A stretch of DNA of 63,945 nucleotides, filler included, from Octopus bimaculoides (taxonomy: Eukaryota): NCBI RefSeq assembly GCF_001194135.2. It is 5 parts of 5 records of this genome, joined end to end, with 100 filler letters (N's around TTAATTAATTAA, not from the genome) between each part and the next. Parts side by side here need not be neighbours in the genome. Positions count along the whole stretch, not along the records: positions 18,419 to 50,161 come from NC_069003.1; 4 more parts are not named here. The stretch is one strand, 5' to 3'. The number at the start of each line of letters is the position of its first letter. Within the stretch, counting starts at the first letter, position 1. Below the pieces are notes generated by a model. The model saw nothing but the letters and a program-made list of their open reading frames with translations. It did not search any database and was not told where the DNA came from. Made by a program: the position numbers and the translations under genes. Of this stretch, positions 24,678 to 36,915 are shown piece by piece.

Positions 24678-27540
24678 TTATTTTCCTGCCGGCATGTTAT
24701 GACTTTCAAGCCATATTTGGTCTTCCGGCTTCAGCCATATATAGAAGCTGGCTTTTTCGACCGCCTCTTGTATCCTCCTTATCAGTTTTCTCAGTTCTGA
24801 GCTTGAAAACGCAAATCTTTTGAATAGCGTTGTCATTTTTCTTTCAATGAAGCCTCTAGCCCCCACTGCCAGATGGTAATACTCGACAGTCCATCCCTGT
24901 TCTCTGCACTCTTCGATTAGTTTTTCGTTTCTCTGCATTGTCGATGTTCTTTTCCCATGGTACTGTCAGTTCTAGCAAAATTCCTATTCTCCATATGACT
25001 AAGTCTGGTCTTTTTGTCGTTTTTATAAGTGGAAAAATTGCTAGACTTCCCAAATCCGTGGCCAGCTCCCAGTATCCCTTCCATCTTTCGTCTATCTCGT
25101 ATATTTTATTTGGAGGCCTGATCTTATGCCCTTTTCCCTCCTTCTGGAAGTATATTTTCCTGCGTTTTTCTACTTTGGGGTACTCTCCCCTATTGTATCC
25201 CTCGATCTTCTCCTTGAGTGCTGCGCTTATGACGCTGAGGACTTGATTATGGCACCATGTATACCTTTCTAGTGCTAGTCTGCAGCTTGACAGAACATGT
25301 CTCACCGTCGCTTTCTCTCCGCATCCACATTCATCGGTTGTTTTTATGTTCCATCGGACTATGTTCGCCGGTGAGGGTAGAACGTCGAAGGTAGACTTGA
25401 TCAGGAAGGATGTTCTTGCTTGTTCCCAAGCCCAAAGTTCCTTCCATGAGATTCTGCGACTGACCACGTATTCCTCCCGTCTCAGGCACTGACCCTGTTG
25501 ACTACATTGCACCAAATGTACATTTCGCCTTTCTTCTTCCTCCTTTCTCACTTCGTGTACCACTGCCTCTTTCATCTCTTTTATACTGCTCTTGCAAAAT
25601 GGCCTGAAATTGTGGGTCCCTAGGCCGGCTCTTGCTTCTTGCATTGCTCCGACTATATCGGCATGTCTTAGTATTCCGATCGCCCTGTTTACTGCCTCTT
25701 CCGCTTTCCATTTCCTACCTGTTCGTACCTTTGGAGGGTTTTCTCGGATGCTCTGATCTTTTGAATACCTTAGCATCATTACTGTCCTCGCCTTTCCTGC
25801 TTTATATTCTTCGGTGATTGATGTTATTGGTAGTTGCAGCACGGGTTTTCCATATAGTGCAGTTGTATTCAGTGGTCTCGGCAGACCAAGCCATTTTCTG
25901 ATAAACACACTGCATCTTCGTTCCATCCTTTCTACTCTACTCGAGGCTATTTCGTACATTTGCAATGGCCACATTATCCTTGGGTACAGTCCAAATTGCA
26001 GTATCCAACATTTGAATTTTCCCGGCAGCGTTGTTCTGTCAATTGCCTTTAACCCTTGTTCTACTAACTCGTGTGTTTCTTTCCCTTGCTTCTTATCATT
26101 CAATAAGTCTCTATACCATCTGCCGAGACTCTTTACTGGTTGTTCTTTCACCGTTGGTATGTCTTCGCCTCCCATCCTGAATTTCACTTCTTGTACTCCT
26201 TTCACGAAAGCCACGCTTCGAGATTTTTTGGCTTTGAATTTCATTCTTGCCCTTCCTATCAGTTCATCCAACTTCTCTAACGATCCCCCTGCTGCTTCTC
26301 TACTTTCCGATAGTAGAGTGACGTCGTCCATAAAAGCCCTTAATGGTGTCTTTATAGCAGCTTTCTCACAGTTTGTTGACCTTAATAACATCTCCATGAC
26401 TAGCACGAATAAGATGACTGATATCGTGCATCCGGCTGCAATACCTACTTCTAGCCGTTGCCACTCCTGCAATACCTACTTCTAGCCGTTGCCACTCCGT
26501 TGTGAACTCTCCTGCTGTAAATCTCATCCTCAAGTTGTAGTAGGACATGAGCATTCGTTGAACATCTTTTGGAATCCAAAAGAAGTCCATCNNNNNNNNN
26601 NNNACCTGTTATGCTGTACGAATCTTATGTTTCGTCTAGCAATGATTCCAAACATGATTTTCCCGTCAGTATTTAATAATGAAATTGGTCTAAATTGTCC
26701 TAGTGTTTTTGCATCTTTCTCTTTAGGTAAATAGATACCTTCAGCTATACACCATCGCTCCGCTACGTCTTTCTTCTTCCACATCTCTCTTATCAATGCA
26801 AATAACTGTAAACGCAATTTCGGGCAATACTTATAAACCTTGTAGCTCACACCGTCGTTCCCTGGTGAACTTTTTGCTCTTGCTTTTCTTATGAACTCCT
26901 CTATTTCTTTCCGTTTGATGTCACTCAAATCGAAAAGTACCCTTGGTTCAGGTGGTTTCTTCAGTCCGGTTCTGAGTTTTTTCTTCTCTTCTCGTATCTT
27001 TGCAATCCGTCTTTCTCTCCTCGATGGTCCGCTCTTTGCTGGTGATTCTACCTTCCCTGTTGTTTCCAGTCCAAATATTTTCTCTCCTTCCTGGTAGATT
27101 GTATAAGCCAGGTTCTCGAGCTTTTGTTCATCGTCGCCTTTGAATTTGGTGGTCATTCTTGATACCTCGTTGTCGAATTTTTTTTTTTATAACTCGCTGC
27201 GTCATTTGCTTTCGGCCACTTAATCTTTGTCTTCTTCACGCCTATCACTGTTTGTGACTGTTCTAATTCAACTGTGGAAGGTCCCGCGCTATCGTTATTT
27301 TCCAGGAGGTTCTGGCCATGCGTCTTACGATTCATCAACCCGCGTTGTTGAATTACTTTCTTCTGACATACCTTCCCTTGGTGGATTCTGAGCCCGATGT
27401 AACTAGCAAACACCTTTCCGCAGCAGCTGAATTCCTCATCTACCAATCCTTTACCGCATCCTTTCTCATTATCCATTTCCGGTCCAAGTCTGTTTCGTTT
27501 TTACTCTACCTCTGGTATTCGAGTACTATTTTTTCCACCT
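24678..27540 (-). mobile_element. HERO-like (R2-superfamily, RLE-type) non-LTR retrotransposon, frameshifted and probably internally deleted
   Basis: N-terminal C2H2 finger (CCGKVFASYIGLRIHQGKVC); RT (FRPISLLN, QGC-like AAGCTIS, AFMDD); CCHC knuckle (CGCGEKATVRHVLSSC..RYTWCHNQVL); PD-(D/E)xK RLE (RPDLVIW..LLELTVPWE..KRK..GWTVEY..VGARGF). Confidence 0.85.
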
Positions 27541-27571
27541 TGTTTCGCATTTATATGCTTATTCTGATATG

Positions 27572-27602
<31 letters not shown>

Positions 27603-27623
27603 GTATATGTATATGTATATGTG

Positions 27624-27667
<44 letters not shown>

Positions 27668-28009
27668 CGTGTGTGTGTGTGCGTGTGTGTGTGTGTGCGT
27701 GTGTGTGTTCCTCTCACAAATGTCAGACGGTGAATGGATACATCTTAGATACACGTAAACATAAACCTATCTACACTTATGTACAAGCACACACAATCAT
27801 ATAAACACGTATACACACTCACATATATATACGTATAACCTGAAAGCATACACATATATACGCTTATCCATCTACACATATATATGTCACTATTTCCGCA
27901 GACAACGGTTAAAATTGAAAAAATTTTATACATATATATATGTACATACATACATACATACATATATATATATATATGTACATACATATATACATATAAC
28001 ATACATATT

Positions 28010-28390
28010 ACCAACCACATGGTCCCGGGTTCAGTCCCACTGCGTGGCATCTTTGGTAAGTGTCTTTTACTATAGCCTCGGGCCGACCAAAGCCATGTGA
28101 GTGGATTTGGTAGACGGAAACTGAAAGAAGCCCGTCGTATATATGTATACATATGTGTATATATATATATGTATGTGTGTATGTATTTGTGTGTCTAGGT
28201 TTGTCCCCCCAACATCGCTTGACAACCGATGCAGGTGTGTTTATGTCCCCGTAACTTAGCGGTTCGGCAAAAGAGACCGATAGAATAAGTACTAGGCTTC
28301 TAAAGAATAAGTCCTGGGGTCGATTTGCTCGACTAAAGGCGGTGCTCCAGCATGGTCACAATCAAAACACTGAAACAAGTAAAAAAGAGT
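28010..28390 (+). mobile_element. SINE family B, well preserved
   Basis: accaaccacatggtcccgggttcagtcccactgcg head through gcatggtcacaatcaaaacactgaaacaagtaaa tail. Confidence 0.9.
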
Positions 28391-31300
28391 AAAAAAAAAA
28401 AGAGTAATATTTACACATACTCATACGTGGACACATATACTCACACAACACATACACACACTCACATGCATATGCACGCTAAAATACACATACACCTTGT
28501 AGCGGGCTGGATCTGGATCAATTCGATACGATGTAGCCACTACTAAATGTAGCGTATAGATGTAACGCTTCAAGGTTCTCGCGTCGAAGTAACCAGTGAA
28601 CATCAACTCCAAGAAGGAAAAGATATTATTTACATATATTTATTCCTTTATCCCACAGGTTGTTAAAGAGACAGTAGCAATTCTAGTGATAATGACGACA
28701 AGGAGGACTCGATGGTTAGTAGTTAATATGTAGAAAAAGGTTGTCTGTGAGTAGAGAGGGAAAGAGTAATGAATGCATGGTGCTGACTAGAAAGGAAGAA
28801 CGGGTAAAGGTGGCATCGTCTTTCTTAGGCCGAAAACCTCTCTTAGTATGTCGAGTGAAGGGCGAAGGTAAGTGCTGCTCTTGGGCAAGGCTGATGCAAA
28901 GGCGGATGTTGCTCCTTGGCCTGGCTGACATATGAGGAAGAGATAGAATTTTCTATCTCTTCCTCTTTCTTTGTTATATAGGCTATGGTCAGTAATGTAT
29001 GTCAAACCTTAGACAAAGGAGTGACCTTTCATTGACCAGTACTGATCACAGGGAGTGCAGTCTTCTAGTGTCGATAAACAAGCGTTGTATACACTTGGTC
29101 CTCAACAACAGGATGGCTCTTTGCAATTCATGTTAATTGACTTTGTATGATGGAGTTCATCGATTTGATAATGACAGTGAGGCACTAGATTTTTTCGTAG
29201 ACACAATGTTATTCCCATTACTGTAGATTGTCTTACATGTAGTTCAACTTGCACCTTCCGTGAAAGCACAAGCATCTTCCGATGTTGAAAGATTGTTCGC
29301 CGGCGTAGACAAAGGCCCACGGAATGTGGATATTCTGTATCCCTCTACCATAACACGTTTTTAGAGTGCAGCCAGTTACCACCGTGGAACCACTTCCTTA
29401 CAGACAGTTGGTCGCATAGTTTAAAGGCCATGGACTGACAATGTGAATTTTCCGAGTACTCTCCCCACCCACCCCATTTTGCGAGCACGCATTTTTTTTT
29501 TTCATATTCGTTTAGAGCAAGTAGTTTTACACCTATTACACTATTTTCCCTTTGTTTTTAGCTCTGCTGAGGCGACTTTTCCTCTCGTCCTGATGTACAG
29601 ACCATGCATTGTCAACGAATTTTTGCACGTATCTAAGACTCTCATAAAGACTCTCAGCAACTCCTTTTCTTTGCATGCACATCTTTTTTCTCACTTTCAG
29701 CAATAGACTTTTAAGAAAGGACACTATTTTCAGCTAAGTTTGCCAACCTTTGTTTATTCATTTCTGTACTGATCATTTGTTTTGCAGCACCACACAATGG
29801 TCATACATGTACTTGCATGCTAACACTGTCACGTTGATGAACCAAACCATGCCTTTCTCACTTGTTTTCCATCACCCTGTGCTCTTGTAGAAACAACTCG
29901 CCTCTGTAAGACCCGAGGTCGGTCATGTATACAGAGAGAAAGTTATTCGTTCCTTAGAACACACCAGCATACCACACTTTTGCTCCTGCACATTCAAGGC
30001 ATTTAATACCGCATGCTTCGGCTAGCACTGGCATATTCAACACTGTTTTGTAATTGCTGCACTAGCATACTACCTCAGCCACGAGTCCTTTTGCACACAT
30101 GCACATGCAACTCTATTATGCCCCGACTGCCTTGTTTTCAACACGACTGTGCCAGCTCAACTCTTTTCCTGACTTGATGCGTGTTGGATGTTCACATGCT
30201 CTGCGCTCATGTTAAGACATGATTTCCCTCTATTAGACCCCTGTCTGGTCACATAATGAATGGAGAAAATTACTTGTCTCGCGCAATGGTCTTCCTCGGT
30301 CACAAGTGGATGGCCATCATACACACACACACTGCACTGTCTTTCTTGCTAACCTCAGAAATTACCCGCAACAGCACCAGACACATTTCACTTCTGAAAA
30401 ACCTTCAAGGCATTTCACACACTGTAATCCTGCAGGAAGGTCTTCGATATCATGGATTGAGAATACACTCACTCGCTCACCTGAGCTTATTTTACAGTAC
30501 ATTTTCATACATACACCTGCACTCATGTATATGCCCTCATGCAATGCACATGCTAACTCATTTTCCGTACTGTCCAGTCAATGACTACACATTCTGGCAC
30601 ACAAAGCAACACCGCTATTTAGACTCACTTGAATAAATATCTATCCTGCACTTCAATTGAAATGTACTTCAATGGTCCGCTCTCCTGATATGCAAGATTT
30701 TTCCTCAGCCATGCTTTTCTTTCTCTTCCTCGATCATTCGTTTCCTTTTCTCAGTACCTCTCTGGAGGGGGTGTGATGTAATGGCTTTATGCAGGCATAG
30801 CGTAGATTCGATCCTCAATAGCCAAATTTCACTTCACAGTTTAACAGCACTTTTCTCACAGTAAAACAATAGTTTTTCTGTGAGTGACAGCAGTTACGTT
30901 TGGCAGATGTCTTCGCTAAGCAGAATAATATTTTTGCCACTTGACCTTTCTAACCTCTTCTAGTCCACCAAAAGCTAGATTAGAGATAACAAACTCCCAA
31001 CGAAACCTATTGTTCTCAACAATATGTCTATCCTTCTAGCTGGTTTTGGATAGCTATAAATACAAGAATTTGGTAAAGCAAAATCAGTTAGTGAAAGCAA
31101 CCATTAGTTAGTGAACAGACAACTAGAGTCGTGGTCACAAGCAGGCAGCCACTAAACACAAATGACACACCTTCTCTCGACTCTGTAACTTTCACTAGCT
31201 CAATTTCTTTTCTCTTACAACATCATGATATCACTATCTATGGTTTACTACTACAATAAGAACGTGTACACACATACATGCCGAAATTAACTCTTTTTAC

Positions 31301-31807
31301 CTTGCATACTTTTCCATTTACTAATTATGCATACCAACCCGTTGTGGTTTTGGATACATACAAAGTAACGGTAAATAAATATTTCTTTGCAACTTCAATC
31401 ACTGCTCTTCATTCATCTTGCACATCTGCAACAGCAACACCCGATACAATCACTAACTGCCGACTCCAACATATATCGTAATACAAACCGTTACTCTAGC
31501 AACAAGCACCTTAACAACTGTTACATATCCATGCGCGCACGCACACACACACACACATATATATATCCACACACACACATATGATGGCCGTCCACTCATG
31601 ACCGAGGAGGACCATTGCTGACCTTCAGGAACATTGTGCGCTCTAGGACTAACTTGTATTTTGCATTTGTGGCTCCGATGGTGGCAAATGAACCCTCTCT
31701 TGACAAGCATACACGACTGCAAACATTGCAAACGAAGCTTTCCCCATTCACTATACCAGCAATGCACTTTCGAGCTAGTATTATATATATTACTCTTTTA
31801 CTCTGTT

Positions 31808-32160
31808 ACTTGTTTCAGTCATTTGAGTGTGGCCATGCTGGAGTACCGCCTTTTAGTTGTAAGCCTGGTGCTCACTCTATCGATAACTTCTGCTGAACCG
31901 CCAAGTTACGGGGACGTAAACACACTAACATCGGTTTCTAAGCGATGGTGGTGGTGAGAAACAAACATAGACACAAATACATACACATAAATATATATAT
32001 AGGACAGACTTCTTTCTGTTTCCGTCAGCCAAATCCACTGGCATGGCTTTGGTCGGCTGAAGGCTATAGTAGAAGACGCCCAAGGTGTTACATAGTGGGA
32101 CTGAACCCGGAACCATGTGGTTGGGAAGCAAGCTTCTTAGCATACAGCCACACCTGTGCC
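31808..32160 (-). mobile_element. SINE family B
   Basis: Reverse-complement homology to 28010-28390. Confidence 0.85.
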
Positions 32161-32613
32161 TATATATATATATGTATATATATATATATAAAGCAGTCCT
32201 CAGTCAAATCGTCCAACCCATGCTAGCATGGAAAGCGGACGTTAAACGATGATGATGATGATGATGAAAGCAATGATTAGTAACTTTACAAAACCGATAT
32301 GCTTTTGAATCTCTTTAACAACTCACAATAATGACTTTTATTACTTTTATTCCTACCTCAGTTCATCTAATTGTATATATCTATCGTTACTTTTCATAAA
32401 AAGCCTTTACTTATTTTGATTTCCAATGTGCATTTTCGCTTAATTTTCTTCTTACTTTCCCTTTACATCTCCACGTGTAGTTTCTATTTTGTTTTCGTAA
32501 CACACTTCTATTATATATATATATATNNNNNNNNNNNNNNNNNNNNNNNNNNNNNNNNNNNNNNNNNNNNNNNNNNNNNNNNNNNNNNNNNTATATATAT
32601 AAAGGATCGTGGG

Positions 32614-33923
32614 TAAGGCCAAAACAATGCAAAGTAATTGCAAGGTAAATCACAAGAAAATAAATATGTAAATTAATGTAGACTTACCTTATATCCAATA
32701 TTTCGAGGTTATGACCCCATTTTCAAGAAATAGATGAATGTTGCCGATGTGCATGTGTGGAGTGGACATGCACGGAAGGGTGTTGCTATAGCAACCAGCT
32801 AGCTTCTTATAACTCTCTTCTGTTGTTGATCTTGGGTTTCTTTTGGTGTATGAGGATGACCTCAGAGATTCTAAGGTTGCCCCTGTTTCGCTGTGTTGCC
32901 TTGATGTGCACTGTGAATTCCTGGGTCTGGCATTTCCATAGGTGTTTCTTCACGGAAGTGTCTGCTCGTATGTTTTCCTTAATGCGTTTATGCAGTTTTC
33001 TTGTCATACTTCCCATATAGAATGTGCCACATTTGCCATAGATGATCTCATATACAACATAGGTCCTCTGGCACAATTCAGGGTCATTGATGGGACAGTT
33101 CGACAATGTGTACTCCTCAGAGTAGTGAGAGGTGTTGTTCTTGGACAGAGCTTTTCTCAGGGAAGGGCCGGTGTGCACTATCTGTATGTCGAGCCCTTCC
33201 CTACGGACTGTGTGTTGTATCGCTGCTGTAGTTCTGTCATTAAAGCGTGGTAGTTTTAACAAGCATGTGCCAGAGTATGATGGTTCTTCCAGGGTTTATT
33301 GACCTTGATGTTCTTTAGGTGGTGTTGTTTAGCTAAAGATTTCGGGTAGCCATTCAGGGTTAGGTCTTTGAGGAACTTGTTTGATGTTGACGGCTTTGTC
33401 GGTCACGTTGCTGCAATTGTTGTTTATACATGCAATCTTGTTTCTCACATATGTGGCTTTGGCTCTTGTGAGTAAGGCTGATTGGTAGTGGACGAAAATT
33501 TTTCTATTTCTGTAGAATTTGGTAAATATGGAGCCTTCTTTTGTGATCTTGAGTTAAAAGTCGAGTAGAGAGAGGGTTCTGGATTCATCTGGATGTTCAA
33601 TCTCGAATTTGATGTTTATGTCGGTGTTATTGAAGGTCTAGTGTATGTTAATGGCTTCATCCCTGAAGGACGTAATGATAAGGATGTCATCAATGTACTT
33701 GGAGAAGAACATGACTGACAAAGCCGTCAACACCAAACAGTTCCTCAGAGCAACACGTTTCCACGCGTGTCCACTCCACACACATGCACATCGACAACAT
33801 TCGTCTATTTTTTGAAAATGGGGTCATAACTCCGAAATATTGAATACAAGGTAAGTCTACATTAATTTCCATATTTGTTTTCTTGTGATTTACCTTGCAT
33901 TTACTTTGCATTGTTTTGGCCTT
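32614..33923 (-). mobile_element. 5'-truncated Penelope-like element bounded by ~175-bp inverted arms
   Basis: Minus strand KYIDD RT remnant and GIY-YIG (CQRTYVVYEI..CGTFYMGSMTRKLHKRIKE..KPKINNRREL*). 32614-32787 is an inverted copy of 33749-33923. Confidence 0.85.
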
Positions 33924-34527
33924 TATACAATATATTCTACACAATGCTTCATAGTAATTATTCCATATATATANNNNNNNNNNNNNNNNNNNNNNNNNNN
34001 NNNNNNNNNNNNNNNNNNNNNNNNNNNNNNNNNNNNNNNNNNNNNNNNNNNNNNNNNNNNNNNNNNNNNNNNNNNNNNNNNNNNNNNNNNNNNNNNNNNN
34101 NNNNNNNNNNNNNNNNNNNNNNNNNNNNNNNNNNNNNNNNNNNNNNNNNNNNNNNNNNNNNNNNNNNNNNNNNNNNNNNNNNNNNNNNNNNNNNNNNNNN
34201 NNNNNNNNNNNNNNNNNNNNNNNNNNNNNNNNNNNNNNNNNNNNNNNNNNNNNNNNNNNNNNNNNNNNNNNNNNNNNNNNNNNNNNCTTTTCAAATTTCT
34301 CTACCTGTATCGTAACATGTCTTCGCTACGGTGTAAAATATGGAGTTCTAGATAGGGGAAGGTAATCAGGGATTTTTTACGGTATAAGGGAGATAATCAA
34401 AAATGTTGGGGATGATAGATTTTGATTAATTTAACATGATTTGGTTTAGAAGGAATAAAATGTTACAAGTGGTTATGTTTTGCTTTATTTTTTTTTCCAA
34501 TGAGGTGGGTTTCCTTATTTAAAAGTG

Positions 34528-36033
34528 TTAGCAATGGTTGAGTTTGGGCTTATATTTTTCAATGAAGAAGGTTTCCTTATTTAATCTAATTTGTGTTGGT
34601 GTTCCAATGGCACATTGATAGAATGGAAAGATTATAAATTGTGGTAGGATTTGTTTTGCGCATTTCTCAATATGATCACTAAAGGGTATCATTCTGTATT
34701 CTGGGAATGTAATCTGCTGTCGATGCAGAATGCATCTACATCTGAGCGATAATCCCGTGGACCCTATGTAGTTTTGATGGCAGCCTGAGCATCTTATGCC
34801 ATAAATCAGGTTTTCTGAAGCACGCGTAAAATTAGATTTGATTTTGAATTTTTGTCCCTCTTTGAAAAGGAATTCTGATCCTTCTAGAAGGTTTGGGCAT
34901 GTTGCGCAATTCGGTTGACCACATTTTTTCACTTTTGCATCTGTTATTTTGGAAAATAATTTTGCCTTTGTGAGGATCTTTTTTAGTGATTTCGGTTGTT
35001 TGTAACTTTTAATGATTTTATGTGTGTGTAAAATTTCCATTAATTTGGGGTCCTTATGTAGCATTGGTAAATTTTGGGTGATGATGGTGAAGGCTTCTTT
35101 GTTTCTGGGGTTGTATGTGGATATGTACAGCAGTATTTTCGGGGAAGGTGTGTTGCTGTGTTGAACTTTTCTTAAGCTTTCTATGTCGATTTGTGATGCA
35201 CGTCTGATTCCATCCTCTATGAGTTGAACTGGGTAGTGTCTGTCAATTAGGGTGTTTTTGAGTTCTTGCAGTCTAAAGTCTCTGGCATTTTGTTCTGACA
35301 CTATTGTGCATATCCTTCTTGCAAGGTTGAAGGGGATGTTTATTTTGGTGTGTCTCGGATGGCATGAATCAAATAGTAGATATTGTTTGGCGTCTGTGGT
35401 TTTGTAAAATATGTCCGTTTCTATTTTTAGGTTTATTGTTTTAATTAGTATATCCAAGAATGGGAGCTCCTTTTGGTTGTATTCCATTGTGAACTGTATG
35501 TTTGGGTTGATGCTGTTCAATAGTCTTTTGAATTTCGGGAGTGTATCTGTGTTTTCATTCCAGAGTATGAAACAGTCGTCTAGGAATCTTTTCCAATTTT
35601 CTTTTATGTATTGGGAAAGGGGGTTTCCAAATGTAGATAAAGATTCCTGGTATATTATTACTTCCAAGTAACCCATTGTTAGGTTCACAATGACTGGAGC
35701 TGCCCTAGTGCCCATAGCAATTCCGGATTTTTGTCGGTAAAATGTATTGTCAAACATGAAGTGGTTGTTTTGTAAGATGAATTCAACCGATTTAGTTATG
35801 AATTCTTTACTGATTATGTTTGGGATTTCTTCCAGGAATTGGTCCAGCCAGAACTGAATTGCCTCTAGTCTATAATTATGAGGTATACTGGTATATAAAT
35901 TAATCACATCAAATGAAACTATGATTGTTTCTTCCTTGACTTTCTTTGGGAGGTGATTTAACATATCCAAGTCATCTCTGATATAGCTATTTATGTGTTC
36001 TATACTCAAAATTTTATAACATTTTTCTAACAT
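34528..36033 (-). CDS. Penelope-like element (Neptune-like) RT + GIY-YIG endonuclease, 501-codon open frame, 5'-truncated
   Basis: IVSFDVINLYTSIP, YRQKSGIAMGTRAAP, WKRFLDDCF, LPFLDI, CGQPNCATC linker, NLIYGIRC..C..YIGSTG..LR.R..H. Confidence 0.92.
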   Translation of the reverse strand: MLEKCYKILSIEHINSYIRDDLDMLNHLPKKVKEETIIVSFDVINLYTSIPHNYRLEAIQFWLDQFLEEIPNIISKEFITKSVEFILQNNHFMFDNTFYRQKSGIAMGTRAAPVIVNLTMGYLEVIIYQESLSTFGNPLSQYIKENWKRFLDDCFILWNENTDTLPKFKRLLNSINPNIQFTMEYNQKELPFLDILIKTINLKIETDIFYKTTDAKQYLLFDSCHPRHTKINIPFNLARRICTIVSEQNARDFRLQELKNTLIDRHYPVQLIEDGIRRASQIDIESLRKVQHSNTPSPKILLYISTYNPRNKEAFTIITQNLPMLHKDPKLMEILHTHKIIKSYKQPKSLKKILTKAKLFSKITDAKVKKCGQPNCATCPNLLEGSEFLFKEGQKFKIKSNFTRASENLIYGIRCSGCHQNYIGSTGLSLRCRCILHRQQITFPEYRMIPFSDHIEKCAKQILPQFIIFPFYQCAIGTPTQIRLNKETFFIEKYKPKLNHC

Positions 36034-36178
36034 AACGATTTAAATATATACTTTAACCATATAACACAAACCTTCTGTAGTTTTTTCACTCTTGTTTATC
36101 TTTTATACATCCAACCACATGCTTTCACATACCAACTTTCTCACCTATATATATATACATGTACACACACATATATAT

Positions 36179-36211
<33 letters not shown>

Positions 36212-36422
36212 TGTATATATAAAATTATAAAAAGGGTGCTGAATGATTACTACACCAGTTTGCTAGAAATAGGCCCCAAATGGTCTAGTAACCACTTAGA
36301 TTTTTACTCCACTACACAAGGTTAATATAAATGGTTAATATAAATTAATCATGGTATTTTAAATCATTAAATAATGACTTTATCCTAATTACGTACATAT
36401 ATCTATATACATATACATCTAT

Positions 36423-36472
<50 letters not shown>

Positions 36473-36585
36473 GTATATACACACACTATATGTAAGCGTA
36501 CGTGTATTTTTTCTATGAGTACAAATAACATGGAAAAAATAAATAGTTACCGGTGTAGCAAAAATCCACATAAGTGCCAAGGATG

Positions 36586-36910
36586 TTACAGCCTACTTAT
36601 AAAGGTAGAAATTCCTGAGTTTAAGTGAAATATTATTATTCTTGTGTAGCACTCATACACCATCTGAGTAAGTTTCTTGGTCAGTGTCCAAGTCTCAGAT
36701 CCGTACAACAGCACAGACTCTACTGCAGCAATGAAGAGGCAGATCTTCAGTTCTTTACAAAGGTCCAACTTCCATACAGATCTCAAACTGTGGAATGCTA
36801 CCCAGGCTTTGCTCTGTCCTACAACTATATCACTCTCTGTGTTCCCAATCATTGCTCCCAGATACAGGAAGGCCTCAACCAATTCTAGTGACTTCTCGCC
36901 TTATTTATAG
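36586..36910 (-). pseudogene. RTE-like LINE RT fragment
   Basis: VEAFLYLGAMI...KAWVAFHSLRSVWK...AAVESVLLYGSETWTLTK. Confidence 0.8.
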
Positions 36911-36915
36911 AATTT

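Noticed and set aside
25814-26485. 223-aa plus-strand ORF, and similar ORFs at 40562-41161 and 24938-25246
   Set aside because: Antisense shadows of retroelement coding sequence.
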